Shown here: one piece after another, positions 53,162 through 64,000 of the stretch
Numbering within the stretch: position 1 is the first letter of the stretch
Layout of the letters: every line of letters begins with the position of its first letter
Assembly (NCBI GenBank): GCA_937625935.1
Contig: OW569372.1
Coordinates: forward strand, 124,001-188,000
DNA from: Tetramitus jugosus
Lineage: Eukaryota > Protista > Heterolobosea
Direction of reading: 5' to 3'
Length of the DNA: 64,000 nucleotides
Position numbers and translations under genes: made by a program
Notes under the pieces: generated by a model
Databases searched by the model: none
What the model was told of the DNA's origin: nothing
The model's input: only the letters and a program-made list of their open reading frames with translations

Positions 53162-55519
53162 ATGACATCAAACAACAACAACAACAACAGTAATAGTGGT
53201 GATGAATTGTATGCAACAGCACCTGTACAATCCTTGAATCAACAAGAGTACACACTCATTGAGATGCCATTTCGTGTCAATAACACCAATCGTGCCATTG
53301 AAATGCTCAATGGTGTCTCTCACATTGAAAAAGTGGTCAACAATGAACAAAAATTCTTGGAAGTGAGGTTCAGAGGACCCATGAGTCATCCTGCTCACGG
53401 CGACAAACAATCCACAAATCACTTGCTGCTCAAAGTTCGAAGAAAACGAAGCAACAAGAAGGATATCAAAGTGGAAATTATGGGAAAGATTGTCAATTGT
53501 ATCGGGTTTCAGGGAATGGTCGATTTTCAATATTTGCAAGGTGAGGTGTTTGATGCGTCCAAAACTTCGCTTCAAGAAACGAATCAACCATTGTCATCGT
53601 CATCGTCGTCATCATCATATGCATCACTCTCGTCCAATACGAGCATTGGAAGTAGTATTAACGGTCAAAGTAGTGCAATGAATTCTTTGAAGAATAGTCA
53701 ATCGATTCATAGTCGATTAACGTCGAAAAATGATAATTCTACAACAGCGCTGACTGTAGCTTCATCATCATCAGCATCCTCATCTAGTGCTCAACCATCG
53801 GCATCATCTTCATCCTCTGTCAATGCATCACAAGATGCATCTTCATCTCAAACAAAGGTACAACAACAAGCTCAATCATCACAAAAACAACATGATTCAT
53901 CGACACTTGATCTCCAGTCCCAATTGTACAGCATCAATCAAGAAGAAGAGGAAGAACAGAGAAGGAAGAAGGCCAGTGCTTACCTGTATGAGGAAGATCG
54001 AACTCCGACCGAGTCATCCGAACAACAAAAATCAAACAAGCGATCCAGTAATATGCCAGTGATGGGATCGAGCACAGCACCTACGCCATCGACACAGTTC
54101 CAACAATTGACAATCGAAGAACAAAATGCGCGCATGAATCAAGACAAGATGAACAAGCAGGAGAAGCTTAATTTGACACCGCCTATTTTCTCTCGGTTCG
54201 ATCTGCCAATGGACTATGAATTCAGAGCCAATCCATTGTCTACAATGGTTACTGTGACGCGTGATGATGGAACAACCATATTTAAGCGTCAATTGAAGCA
54301 GAGTGGCGCAAAGAGGCCTCAAGTTTGTCAATTATCGTTCAGTGAGGATGTTCCCACAGGTCCAGACCCAAATCTAGGACCAGCACCATTCCAGGAAGAT
54401 GATGAGAGAGAGTCGTTGATGAGTGCTGTGCGTCAATTATTTGAAAAGAGACCAATATGGAGCAGGAGAGCGTTGCAAGCTCAATTCGAGTCAAAGAAGA
54501 TGAAATTGCACATCAAATTTGTATTGCCTCATATTGCATATTATTACAAGGACGGTCCTTGGAGGAAGCTGTGGGTCAAGTACGGAGTCGACCCTAAGAA
54601 TGATAAATCAATGGGAATTTATCAAATGTTAGATTTTAGAGTTCCTGCAGAGTTTAGAACTCAAGTATTGCAGAGAAGAAAACAAAAGGGTTTGATGTCT
54701 GAGAATGAAGAGTTTGGAGGTGTTGACTTATTGCGTAGAGCACCCAAGAGAAAACAGGCCGTTCATGAAGATTTACGGTCCATCATGTTCTCTGCTGCAT
54801 CTCAACAGAGTCAATCTACTAAACCATCCACTACCCTGGATCAATCGGAGATGCATGACGAGTCACATGTACATGACGACGAAGATGAAGAAGGAAACAA
54901 CAAATCTGTTCTAACGAACCAAGAATCATATCTCTTTACGTCTATCCCAGGTCAGAAGAGTACTGTGTATCAATTGTGTGATATTCGGTTACGAAGTGTT
55001 CTCGATATTATTCGTGTTCAGGATCCTAGGAAGCAGATTGAAGTCGATGATGCAGAACTGAATGAAGAAAAGGCTAAAATGAAGAGAAAGCACAATGAGA
55101 GATACAAGTTTGGCACGAGAATGATCAAGCTCCGAAATGCCGTATGTCACGAAAAGTATGGCTGGTACACTTTGGATGCACTGGAGCAGATTCGTTTCCT
55201 CATGAAGAAGAAGATTGAGCAGTGGATCGAAAAGGGTAATGAATACGACGACCAAGACATTGTTGGAGTTGATAGCGATGATGAAGACGAGGACGGAGGA
55301 ATAGGTGCCGATGATTTTGACTTTGAGCCAGAGGTTGGCTCAACGAGCAACTATCGATCCACACCTGCCTCACGTCGCCAAACACGACCAACACAACAAG
55401 CAACTGAAATGGATGACCCGATGAGTGACGACGAAGATGATGACGAAGAGTACGAAGAGACACTGAACGCCCCTACTGATCTCCTTCTCGAAAACAACTC
55501 AACCAGACGTCGTCCTTGA
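53162..55519 (+). CDS. GTF3C5: TFIIIC subunit tau95/Tfc1 (GTF3C5)
   Basis: IEMPFRVNNTNRAIEMLNG, FQGMVDFQY, PPIFSR, LFEKRPIWSR, AYYYKDGPWRKLWVKYGVDP, YQLCDI, GWY; acidic tail. Confidence 0.92.
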   Translation: MTSNNNNNNSNSGDELYATAPVQSLNQQEYTLIEMPFRVNNTNRAIEMLNGVSHIEKVVNNEQKFLEVRFRGPMSHPAHGDKQSTNHLLLKVRRKRSNKKDIKVEIMGKIVNCIGFQGMVDFQYLQGEVFDASKTSLQETNQPLSSSSSSSSYASLSSNTSIGSSINGQSSAMNSLKNSQSIHSRLTSKNDNSTTALTVASSSSASSSSAQPSASSSSSVNASQDASSSQTKVQQQAQSSQKQHDSSTLDLQSQLYSINQEEEEEQRRKKASAYLYEEDRTPTESSEQQKSNKRSSNMPVMGSSTAPTPSTQFQQLTIEEQNARMNQDKMNKQEKLNLTPPIFSRFDLPMDYEFRANPLSTMVTVTRDDGTTIFKRQLKQSGAKRPQVCQLSFSEDVPTGPDPNLGPAPFQEDDERESLMSAVRQLFEKRPIWSRRALQAQFESKKMKLHIKFVLPHIAYYYKDGPWRKLWVKYGVDPKNDKSMGIYQMLDFRVPAEFRTQVLQRRKQKGLMSENEEFGGVDLLRRAPKRKQAVHEDLRSIMFSAASQQSQSTKPSTTLDQSEMHDESHVHDDEDEEGNNKSVLTNQESYLFTSIPGQKSTVYQLCDIRLRSVLDIIRVQDPRKQIEVDDAELNEEKAKMKRKHNERYKFGTRMIKLRNAVCHEKYGWYTLDALEQIRFLMKKKIEQWIEKGNEYDDQDIVGVDSDDEDEDGGIGADDFDFEPEVGSTSNYRSTPASRRQTRPTQQATEMDDPMSDDEDDDEEYEETLNAPTDLLLENNSTRRRP

Positions 55520-55632
55520 AAACCTCGTTTGTTGTGAACTTCAAGCTAGCGGACTTTTTTCACACAGGATAAAAATTCACACAAAAACAACCAAAACCAA
55601 ACAAAACAACATCAAACATCAAACATTCACTC

Positions 55633-57018
55633 ATGTTCAGTTCAAACGTTCGTTCCTCTCTACTCAAACGCGCCATCACTGTGCGTCCAGCAACAACAAG
55701 AATCTCCACCATCTCCATCCAAACACTACCAGTGACCAACTTTCAATTCTACCGCACTTTTCACCAAAAACAACAACCCCTATTGCAACAACAACAATCA
55801 TCATCATCATCATCATCAACATCATCATTAGTACCACCACAACTACTGTCTCATGAAGAATACATTGCCATCTCTCTCCATGCAAAACAATTGTTTGATC
55901 ATGGTCAATTGAATGAAGTCATTCAATTTTTGAAGAAGAATGTCGATCAATTGGAACAATTGTTGTTGACAGCAAATGAAAAAGTGAATCATGATGATGA
56001 AGAGGAAACAGTGAGCTCAATCAAGGGATACCTCTCTGCCATGCACAACAATCTTGCTTTTGTCTATCAACAACAGAGACAAACTTGGCCATTGGCTGTG
56101 GAAGCCTTCAAGCGGTGTATTTCATTAACTCCCGACAACCCGGAGAATTATGAAAATTTGGGCGCCATGTTTTACGATCGGATGCAAAAACCGGATTTGG
56201 CAATTCCAATGTTTAGAAAATCATTGGAAATTGAGCCAAATCAACTGCACTGTAAGCATAGACTCGCTAGACTGTATGCAGAGAAGTTGGAAACGATTCC
56301 AATTGCAGAGAGAATGCTCAGAGAGTGCGTTGCTCAAGACAAGAGCTATTTTGCTGCTGCAGCTGATCTTTCCATGCTGCTCATGGGCAAGAAGGATGCA
56401 GACAGGAACAGGGAAGCATTGGACATTATTGATGAAGTGATTCGTGTGCAAGAAGAACAAGATGCAAACCAGTTGGGCATGGACAGGCAACAATTGATGC
56501 AACGGGAGCACGAGAGAGCCAAGATTGATGGTTATCAATTGAAGGGATACGCTCTGACAAGAATGGAAAAGTACAAGGAAGCTTGTGCACTGTATGACAA
56601 GCAGATTGAGAAATTGACAAGTGATCCTGTGCAATCACTTGCACTCAGGTCAAGATTGGCTGATTGTTATCTCAGCTACAGTATTTGCTTTGATTATATG
56701 AATAGAGCTGAAGATGCACTGCAAATGTGTGAGAAGGCACTGGAAACTGATCCAAGAAATGCAAATATTGTCTTTTCACTCGCTCGACTGTTGGAGAAGA
56801 ATGGAAGAGTGGAAGAAGCGGAGCATATTTTGGAAGAAATGTTACGGAGCGACCCAAGAAACGATGTGTTATACAGTGCTCTGTGTAATGTGTATTTGGG
56901 CAGCGGAAAGAAACAAAAGGCAGTGAAACTGTTGGGTGACGCGATCAGAAACTATCCAGAGTTGAAAGCAACAGTTGGTGAACATTTAAGAATGCTTCAG
57001 AAGTATGATTCAAGATAA
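55633..57018 (+). CDS. TPR-repeat protein, probable mitochondrial presequence
   Basis: Multiple TPRs (HNNLAFVY...AVEAFKRCISLTP; YENLGAMF...FRKSLEIEP); Arg/Ser-rich N-terminus. Confidence 0.85.
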   Translation: MFSSNVRSSLLKRAITVRPATTRISTISIQTLPVTNFQFYRTFHQKQQPLLQQQQSSSSSSSTSSLVPPQLLSHEEYIAISLHAKQLFDHGQLNEVIQFLKKNVDQLEQLLLTANEKVNHDDEEETVSSIKGYLSAMHNNLAFVYQQQRQTWPLAVEAFKRCISLTPDNPENYENLGAMFYDRMQKPDLAIPMFRKSLEIEPNQLHCKHRLARLYAEKLETIPIAERMLRECVAQDKSYFAAAADLSMLLMGKKDADRNREALDIIDEVIRVQEEQDANQLGMDRQQLMQREHERAKIDGYQLKGYALTRMEKYKEACALYDKQIEKLTSDPVQSLALRSRLADCYLSYSICFDYMNRAEDALQMCEKALETDPRNANIVFSLARLLEKNGRVEEAEHILEEMLRSDPRNDVLYSALCNVYLGSGKKQKAVKLLGDAIRNYPELKATVGEHLRMLQKYDSR

Positions 57019-57051
57019 ACAAGTATTCTGTTATTCTCTATTTGTCTGTAA

Positions 57052-58634
57052 TTAAGCCATATCTGCCACGAGTTTAATACCTGGTTGCATCAGATCTGAA
57101 CTTAAATTATCAGAAGTGATCTTTGTTTCCTTTGATCCCTTCAGAATGTATACCGCCTGGAGTGAAACTGGATCCTCCACTTCGACCTCGTTCTCAAAGT
57201 GAGTCTGAATAACAGCATGCAAATCATCAATCGAGCTCGGATTAGCAAGTACATGAATGTCTGTGAAATTACTCTCAACATCTTGTTCCAAAAATCGATA
57301 CTTGATCTCTGCGTTAACCGTTCTGTTCATTTCCTGTTCCCTCGCCAATTTCTCTGTTCTCCGTTTCTTTCTCTGTTCCTCTTCTGCCAGGGCGTCGGCA
57401 AGTGTATTTTCATCAATTGTCACAGCCCACTTCTTCTTCTTGCTTCCCGAGGACGTGGACGATGGCGTGCTGGATGTTCGTGCATTGATTCTCTTCATTG
57501 CTCTGTCAAGTGACTTTTCTGTTCGCGCCTTTTTCCTTCTCGTCACTCCCTGTGTAGTTTCATTGTCCACATCATCTTCCTCCTTGTACTCCTTGTGTGA
57601 ACACTCGCAGAAACACTTGTGACAAATGAGTGCATCTGTGCCATCATATCCTGGAAATTGTTTCCGCATTTCTTCCTTAATCTTGGCAAACGATCTCACA
57701 TTGTGATACCTTCGAATTGGATCTTGAAGACCACATGTCGCACATCCATACTTGTTGATGCGATACGTTTTTGCTGTAGAGTAACACTTTTTGCAAGCAT
57801 AACCATTCTGTCCCTTGTAATGCGAGAAACATTCTCTATAAAATGGTTCATAAAAACTGCTATTCTTTGCATTTTTCGAATCAAGAACCTCACTGCAAAT
57901 CACACACTGCATTTGACTAATGTTTAACATCCATGCTCTCACCTATATCACCATTTACAATTTTTTATGCGTGTGAGAAAATCAACAATTGAACAATTGA
58001 ACAAAAACATATCAAGACATACCTTGTGATAGCAATGAGAGCACACCAATCCCTCCTCTCCATCATAATTCTCAAACAACTCCATCAAATACTCTCTGTA
58101 ATGATTGGTTGTCGATGTATGAACTCCAAAAGCACTACAAACAACACAGACATTGCCTGCTTTACCACCTTCACTGCTACCAGTGGCAGAGTGATAACGT
58201 ATCATGCGACTCTTGAGTGCATGCTCTACATTTTTTCTCAATTCTTGCGTGACTGGTTTGTCCGTTGCGATCACATAATTTCTTTCGACTTTTGCTTTGA
58301 TTTGCTTTTTTTGACTGTAGTCGCCCTTCTTTTTTGGCGCGCTTTTTTCTCCGACTTTTTTCTTATTCCCCTCATGTTCATCATGATCTCCATCGGATGC
58401 ACCATCATCACCATTCATCTCATTCACAAGTGACACTGTAATTTGCTTAATTCTGTCCTTGTCATTCTTGAGTTGAGAGTGATGAGATGGATGCAATTCT
58501 TGAAGATGATATCGAATTTGTTTGAGTGATGGATGAGTGTCTGTTTTTGTTAGAAATGCACGAATGTCACGTGTGAGTTGTTCATCATCAATCGTCGTTG
58601 TTGTCGTTGTTGTGGTCGAGTCTTCTTCTTCCAT
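57052..58634 (-). CDS. DEK-C-like domain protein with three C4 zinc-finger-like repeats; intron 57943-58022
   Basis: DDEQLTRDIRAFL...SLKQIRYHLQE...KDRIKQI (DEK-C-like); a GTATGT...TAG intron joins two ORFs in frame; three CxxC...F..Y.G...CxxC units. Confidence 0.7.
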
Positions 58635-58821
58635 TTGTGTTGTGAAAATTGTGTTTTTTTTTGCGTGGTTTTGGGTGAAAATTCAATGATTTGATTGAAC
58701 TTGCACGATCAATTTTGGTTCTTTTTCTGTTGCGGACAACTCCGTAAACGGAACAGCTGTGATGTTCAACTTGTTGTTTTGCGCTCAACAAAAAAACAAC
58801 CATCCAATCCCGTCTGATGAC

Positions 58822-60594
58822 ATGTCGTCTCGCATAGCTCATTCTGTCAGTTTACTTCTGACTTTAATTCTTGTTGTTTTTGAGCTTGTTTCTTGTCAAT
58901 GGACTCAATCTGGTTTCGACTCTGCTCAGTCCTTCTCTTCTCCCTACAATGGCAATGATCAACAAATGACCGGCATGTGCACCATGTGGACATCTAATCC
59001 GGTGTTATATACGGGAAGTCAAGTCTCCTTTACTGTGCTTCCTTTGCTTCAAACGCTGGATCAGCGTTATCTGATTTATCAGAATGCACTGATCCACTCT
59101 CATGTGTTTCCTATCCTTAAGAGAGGAACTGTGGCGATGCAATGGGATGTGTTGAACTCTGGTTATGCTGTAGCTTACGTTCCCAAATCAGATCAGAATA
59201 CAGAAATGATCATATCTGCCATGGAGATTCACGGTGCAAACGGGGGAAATGTGGGGTATCGTTTCTCTGCATTCAAGTTCCCTACGACAATTGATCCACA
59301 TGGTAATTTTTTGGATGAGAAGTGGTCGTGTGATGATTTGACTGCGCTAGCCAATTTTAGAGTTTTATTGATGGAGCCAGCAGGATTGTTGTTGGTTGAT
59401 TGGGTTCAGGATGGTACTTCCATCGTGGCAGCCATACACTTGGACAATGGTACCATTGCTTGGAAAAGTGGATTTGCTTCTCAGTCTCGCAAGAATATGG
59501 CAGCCAGTGGAAACAAGGTTGTTGTGGCTTATGATGGCAATGTAGTCGCCATTGATTGTTTCACTGGTGCAAGCATATGGAACTTTGGTCCAGAACAACC
59601 AGTGGATCAACTGTTCACTATTGTTGAGAATCAAGCCGTTATTTCCATGCTTCAGGATAAGGTGTACTTTCTAGTGGGATTAGACATTGGATCTGGTAAC
59701 GTAGTTTGGTCACAAAAGAGCTTGTCCAGCATCGGAACCAATGGAAGGATTATTAATGTTGCTCAAGTGAAATCAATGACTGAGTCCTGTACTCTTGAAC
59801 TTCTCGTACAGAATCAAAATAGTTTGTTAACCACTTGTTTGGATTCGACAGGTAAAACGACTGGTTTGTTCTGGGCTGAGAAGAATGACAGCGACGATGT
59901 TTCTCCCGTATCTCTACTCTCTCTGGGAGCAGGAAGGCGTAATGTGATTAGCACAACAGCTTCATCAGACAACACGAATCATCAGATCTTGTTCTACAGA
60001 ACAATCGGTCAGAAGGCTGACATGTGTCGATTAAGTGATCATCGATGGGAAGTTGCCATTCAAGATTCAACAAAGATGATTTATGCAGTAGCAAGGAGCA
60101 CAGAAAACCAAGATTTCAGAGTTATCGCTTTTTCAACACAAAAGTGCTTACTCTTCCCGCAGTGCCCTCTCTTTGAACGAAGTAAGACCATTAAGAATTG
60201 GTCCATCTTTGGTGGAGTCGTTGGTGGTTTATTCCTGTGTTGCTTTAGTATTTGTTGCTTCTGCTGTTGTGTCCAGTGTGGATGCTTTGAGCATGTGAAG
60301 CGCATTGGCAGAGAATGTAGAGAATGTTGCTCGAGTTGTTGCTGCTGTGCTGACGATACCGATGAATTCGATCGCTTAATTTCCTCTAGTCGTAAGAAGA
60401 AAAGGAGTGGTCGTTGTCCTGATTGTTGTCCAACTGGTTGCAACTTGCATATTGATTGTGCGAACCTATTTGGTTGTGCGTGCTGTGCCAGATTATCAAC
60501 ACACCATAACCACAATGTAGCCGAGAGTAACGTGGGTGCAATCAATCCACAATACTCAAACGATGATAATGCCTCGGCACCTCTTTTCTTCTAG
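58822..60594 (+). CDS. Type I membrane protein with PQQ-like beta-propeller and Cys-rich cytoplasmic tail
   Basis: Signal peptide; AIHLDNGTIAW, AIDCFTGASIW, GLDIGSGNVVW repeats; TM helix followed by Cys clusters. Confidence 0.75.
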   Translation: MSSRIAHSVSLLLTLILVVFELVSCQWTQSGFDSAQSFSSPYNGNDQQMTGMCTMWTSNPVLYTGSQVSFTVLPLLQTLDQRYLIYQNALIHSHVFPILKRGTVAMQWDVLNSGYAVAYVPKSDQNTEMIISAMEIHGANGGNVGYRFSAFKFPTTIDPHGNFLDEKWSCDDLTALANFRVLLMEPAGLLLVDWVQDGTSIVAAIHLDNGTIAWKSGFASQSRKNMAASGNKVVVAYDGNVVAIDCFTGASIWNFGPEQPVDQLFTIVENQAVISMLQDKVYFLVGLDIGSGNVVWSQKSLSSIGTNGRIINVAQVKSMTESCTLELLVQNQNSLLTTCLDSTGKTTGLFWAEKNDSDDVSPVSLLSLGAGRRNVISTTASSDNTNHQILFYRTIGQKADMCRLSDHRWEVAIQDSTKMIYAVARSTENQDFRVIAFSTQKCLLFPQCPLFERSKTIKNWSIFGGVVGGLFLCCFSICCFCCCVQCGCFEHVKRIGRECRECCSSCCCCADDTDEFDRLISSSRKKKRSGRCPDCCPTGCNLHIDCANLFGCACCARLSTHHNHNVAESNVGAINPQYSNDDNASAPLFF

Positions 60595-60913
60595 CTCCCC
60601 TGTAATATTTGTCAACTAAGATCCAAACGAACAAGTGAAAGTAATGTAAAATTTGTAAAACAATGTCTGATTGCTTTAAAGCGAGTCCAACGTTCTTCTG
60701 ACCATTTACAGTCGATGGAGCCGTTGCAATCAATCAGAAATACCTATTAGACTTGATAGCATGATGCACCGACAGAAACAACATCCATCAGCGAAAGAAG
60801 CACAAATGAAACAACGAATCATTCCACCTGTGCAAACAAGTCCATTCTCGCTCCCGCCCTCACTCCCCACAATTATTCCTGAAAAACACGCAACACCAAA
60901 AAGCCAATGTGGG

Positions 60914-61372
60914 TCACGTGTGAAGTCTTTTCTCCTCCACAATTCGCGCCAAATCCAAATCTTCCTCTTTCAATGCTCCTTTTGCACCCTTCTTTCCTTG
61001 TTTCGTCAAAGTTGACTGCTGTAAGCTCATCATACGTTGTTCCCAGTCAACTTTTGACAAATTGGACTCCTTGACCAGAGACTTCAACGAACAATAGTAA
61101 CCATGGTTTTTCAGATAGCGACAAACCAAAAGTTCAACAAGCTCTGTTCGTTTCTTTTCATCACGATTGTGTGACTCACTTGTCTTCTTCTTTTGTTCTT
61201 TTTGAACTCGACCGAGTGAAGCTTTTGGCTCCTTCTTCTTTGTTTTGCTCTTCTGTTGCTCATGCTTCACCAAAGGTTCATCAGTGTTGCGTGGTATGAT
61301 CACGAGAGTGGATTTGTTCGTTTGAACTTCATCCAACAAGTTATCACAATAGAAATTGTGTTGTTTGCCCAT
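60914..61372 (-). CDS. LisH-motif protein
   Basis: LVELLVCRYLKNHGYYCSLKSLVKES; 3' end may be spliced further. Confidence 0.6.
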   Translation of the reverse strand: MGKQHNFYCDNLLDEVQTNKSTLVIIPRNTDEPLVKHEQQKSKTKKKEPKASLGRVQKEQKKKTSESHNRDEKKRTELVELLVCRYLKNHGYYCSLKSLVKESNLSKVDWEQRMMSLQQSTLTKQGKKGAKGALKEEDLDLARIVEEKRLHT

Positions 61373-61629
61373 GATTGTGAAAATTCAACTTTTTGTTTGA
61401 CTCAAAAAACTGAACCCAGAACAAACTTTGAATTTTGTTATTGGCAGGTTACCAGGCATATGTAAATGCTTATCTTATGCACGAATACTTCAATATCAAC
61501 CACACATTGAAGATTCGAGAGGTTCTAGTTGAGAAGTGGAACACTGCAAAGATAAGATCCCTTCCTGTGGAGCAAAAAATCAAGTCAAGACAAACATTTA
61601 AATTGGCCCACAACCCTTATTGGAAAATA

Positions 61630-62577
61630 ATGTTGCTGAATAAAGTCGCGGTGATTCTCTTTGCTGTTCTAGTACTACTCCATCTCGTGAGTATGACAAG
61701 CGGTTCTCTTTACAGTATCAACCACAATGATGTTGTCCAAGTGTCTCTTCTGGATCCGAAAACAACCGAAACAAAGGTACTGAGCCATGAAGTAGCTTGG
61801 GCAACCACCCATGCACAATTGTCAACAGTGGACAATAAGAAGAATCTCTATTATGTGATTGTAGCAAATACAACTGAAACTAAATTGACAAGTCTATTCG
61901 GCTTTGATTTGCAAAGTGGTAAGCAAGTGATTGATTTGGAATTGCCTGTCAAGTATAATGTAGTGCAGAGAGGCCAAACTTTGAGTATGGATCCATCTAC
62001 AGGCGATGTAATGATAACTGCACTGGAAATGACTGGAACCAATTATACACTCTTGAGAGTGACACCCACAACAGGAGAAATCAAAACGATTGCAACTTTT
62101 AAGTTAGGTTCGAGTGCAGGTGATAGTGTTGGAGCTTACAACCCATCAGAGCAAATATTTTACATGCAATTTTCGGGTGCAAACAGTTATTTCATGGGAA
62201 TTGATGTTCAAACTGGAACTGTTGTATACACTTTCAGAGATATTTACAGTATGCAAAGTATTGATTATGATCCAGTTTCTTCATCTTTGATTGGTGTTGG
62301 CTACTCCAGTGTAGTTAATCATTCGAGAATACTTGTTCGTATCTCTAATGGAAAGCCTGCTGCTTATGGAGATGTAGGAGAGTACTCCATAATAGTTAAC
62401 AAGGCAGGAGCTATTGATTTCATTCAAAGAGTCATGTACACAATGTTGGCCCGTACACCATCACCAGGAAAACCCATGCAAGTTGATCTGGTATCTATTG
62501 ATATTGACTCTGGGAAGATTGTGAATCATGTTCCGATGAAACAAGTGCAGTGCTCCATCAGTTTTGGAACAGCGTAA
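61630..62577 (+). CDS. Secreted beta-propeller-like hypothetical protein
   Basis: Signal peptide MLLNKVAVILFAVLVLLHLVSMTSG; repeated xD(L/V/I)xSG/TGxxV blades. Confidence 0.7.
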   Translation: MLLNKVAVILFAVLVLLHLVSMTSGSLYSINHNDVVQVSLLDPKTTETKVLSHEVAWATTHAQLSTVDNKKNLYYVIVANTTETKLTSLFGFDLQSGKQVIDLELPVKYNVVQRGQTLSMDPSTGDVMITALEMTGTNYTLLRVTPTTGEIKTIATFKLGSSAGDSVGAYNPSEQIFYMQFSGANSYFMGIDVQTGTVVYTFRDIYSMQSIDYDPVSSSLIGVGYSSVVNHSRILVRISNGKPAAYGDVGEYSIIVNKAGAIDFIQRVMYTMLARTPSPGKPMQVDLVSIDIDSGKIVNHVPMKQVQCSISFGTA

Positions 62578-62681
62578 GTGAATACAACTCGATTAACAAG
62601 TTATTGTATAAGTGAAAAAAGACGTAAACTTTAATTAAGTCAGGATGTATTCACATGAACAAATCCAATAGATGATCACAA

Positions 62682-64000
62682 TTATCTCCTTCTTCTCTTC
62701 TTGGTCTGTTGTTGTGTCTGCTTTCCGCCACTGCGGGTCTTTGACGCCTGTGGTACAACTTCCTTCTCCGGCATAGGTGCAATATTCTTGTAGCTTACCT
62801 TACGTGCCGGTGTCCGTCCACTGTCATCTTCATCATCCTCAAACTTCACTTGATAAGTATAGTTGTTGCTCGTAGATGGACCAGTGTGAACAGTCGCAGC
62901 ATAGAACGAGGTAGTATCAGGATACATGGCCAACACTTGATTACCCTTCTTGAATACAGTGTGCTCTGAAAAGTCCTTTGACAGAACAATGAGATGCTTT
63001 CGCGGCAATTTGTATTTTTTGGGTCCTTTGCTATCTTCTCCGACATCGACATCCTCTACAGAATATTTCTTGTGAGAGCTATTGTAACCGACAATCTTTG
63101 CTAAAATCCACAATTCTTCTTCCTCAGAGTCGGATTGACCACTGACGCGCGCAGCAACCTTGGATCCTGATGGAATTGTATCGTCCTGCCCTAGATAACT
63201 CTCCATTGTTGTAACGGCAGCACCTCCTGATGACAATGTAGCAGCAGCAGCAGAAGCTACAGTAGATCCCTTTTCACTTGTTGACTCCAATGACGATGAT
63301 GCTTGATTCTCTGATTTTACAGTTTCTTTTCGTTTCTTGGCCATTGATCCTCTCGTTGTAGAAGCATCTTCTCTGCTTTCGTCTCTTGATGTAATCGTTG
63401 TGGTTGTTGTAGCTGATGATGATGATGATGGCGCTTGCGATGATGATGATGATGTTGTTGTAGAAGGGGAGGATGATTTCTTTTTGGTGGTAGTAGTAGT
63501 AGTAGTTGCTTCAGAGTCAGACGTGTGATCTTCGTCGTCTTCCATTTGAGAAGAAGAAGCAGTAGTTGATGATGCTTCTGAAGATGGGTAAGTTGTTGCT
63601 GATGACGATGATGCAGTTGATTTAGAGTCAGACAACGATGATGATGATTCAACAACGTCCATTGTAGCTGGAGTAGGTAGATATTGGTTCGTGATACCAT
63701 TGGCTTCATCTTCTCTCTTTTCAATAATTTCTTGTAGTTTGGCAAGTGTGACCATGATGAGACTATGATCGCATGTCAGTACCGAGAGAGAGATTTACAT
63801 GAAAAAAAAAGCGCGCGAAAAAAAACAACATACTTTTGTTCCTTTTCAGTGTTTGTGAGTGCTTCTTTGTACATTTGTTTCAATTGATCATATTGTTGTT
63901 CAATAGGAATACTATCGTTATTCTTGATGTTGGGTGCAATGTTGGATGAGGACGAGTTGAGTCGATGAGACGCAGTGATCAATCTTTCGTGAGCATTGTT
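62682..64000 (-). CDS. SGF29: SAGA subunit SGF29 (tandem Tudor); 5' end outside window, intron ~63765-63832
   Basis: GSKVAARV...WILAKIV...YSVEDVD; FKKGNQVLAMYPDTTSFYAATV...YQVKFEDDE. Confidence 0.9.

Noticed and set aside
53162-55519. TFIIIC subunit gene in the same window as Pol III-associated retroelements
   Set aside because: It is 17 kb away among unrelated housekeeping genes, and linkage carries no functional meaning here.
58329-58343. TTTTTTGGCGCGC E2F-like sequence
   Set aside because: Lies inside coding sequence (KSAPKKK codons on the minus strand).

Overview
Gene-dense eukaryotic nuclear DNA from a protist. It uses the standard code, has short GT-AG introns and many CAA/CAT-type homopolymer repeats. 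The dCache-type class III cyclase and the intron style suggest a heterolobosean/Naegleria-like host, but this is inference. About 30 protein genes are recognisable: bystin, Hsp20, Rab32-like, HINT, Rpn5, LYRM7, gamma-tubulin, cyclase, RPA49, MZT1, fibrocystin-L, UBA1, CIA2, TFIIIC tau95, SGF29 and others. There are also three Pol III genes: 5S rRNA, an intron-containing tRNA-Glu(TTC) and tRNA-Gly(GCC). The main result is a family of APE-type non-LTR retrotransposons that appears to target Pol III genes by position. An intact 5.1-kb copy sits head-to-head 46 bp upstream of tRNA-Gly. A diverged 5'-truncated copy sits head-to-head 49 bp upstream of the 5S gene. Each has its own unrelated 14-15 bp target-site duplication. 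A third, decayed copy is fused to an enolase-phosphatase fragment. The intact copy has no 5'UTR (A16 then ATG) and an AUGA ORF1/ORF2 overlap, and the two better-preserved copies share covarying 3' stem-loops. Other notable items are a 175-bp inversion inside an F-box/LRR gene whose flip restores a full ORF, and an E2F-like 16-mer shared upstream of gamma-tubulin and MZT1.
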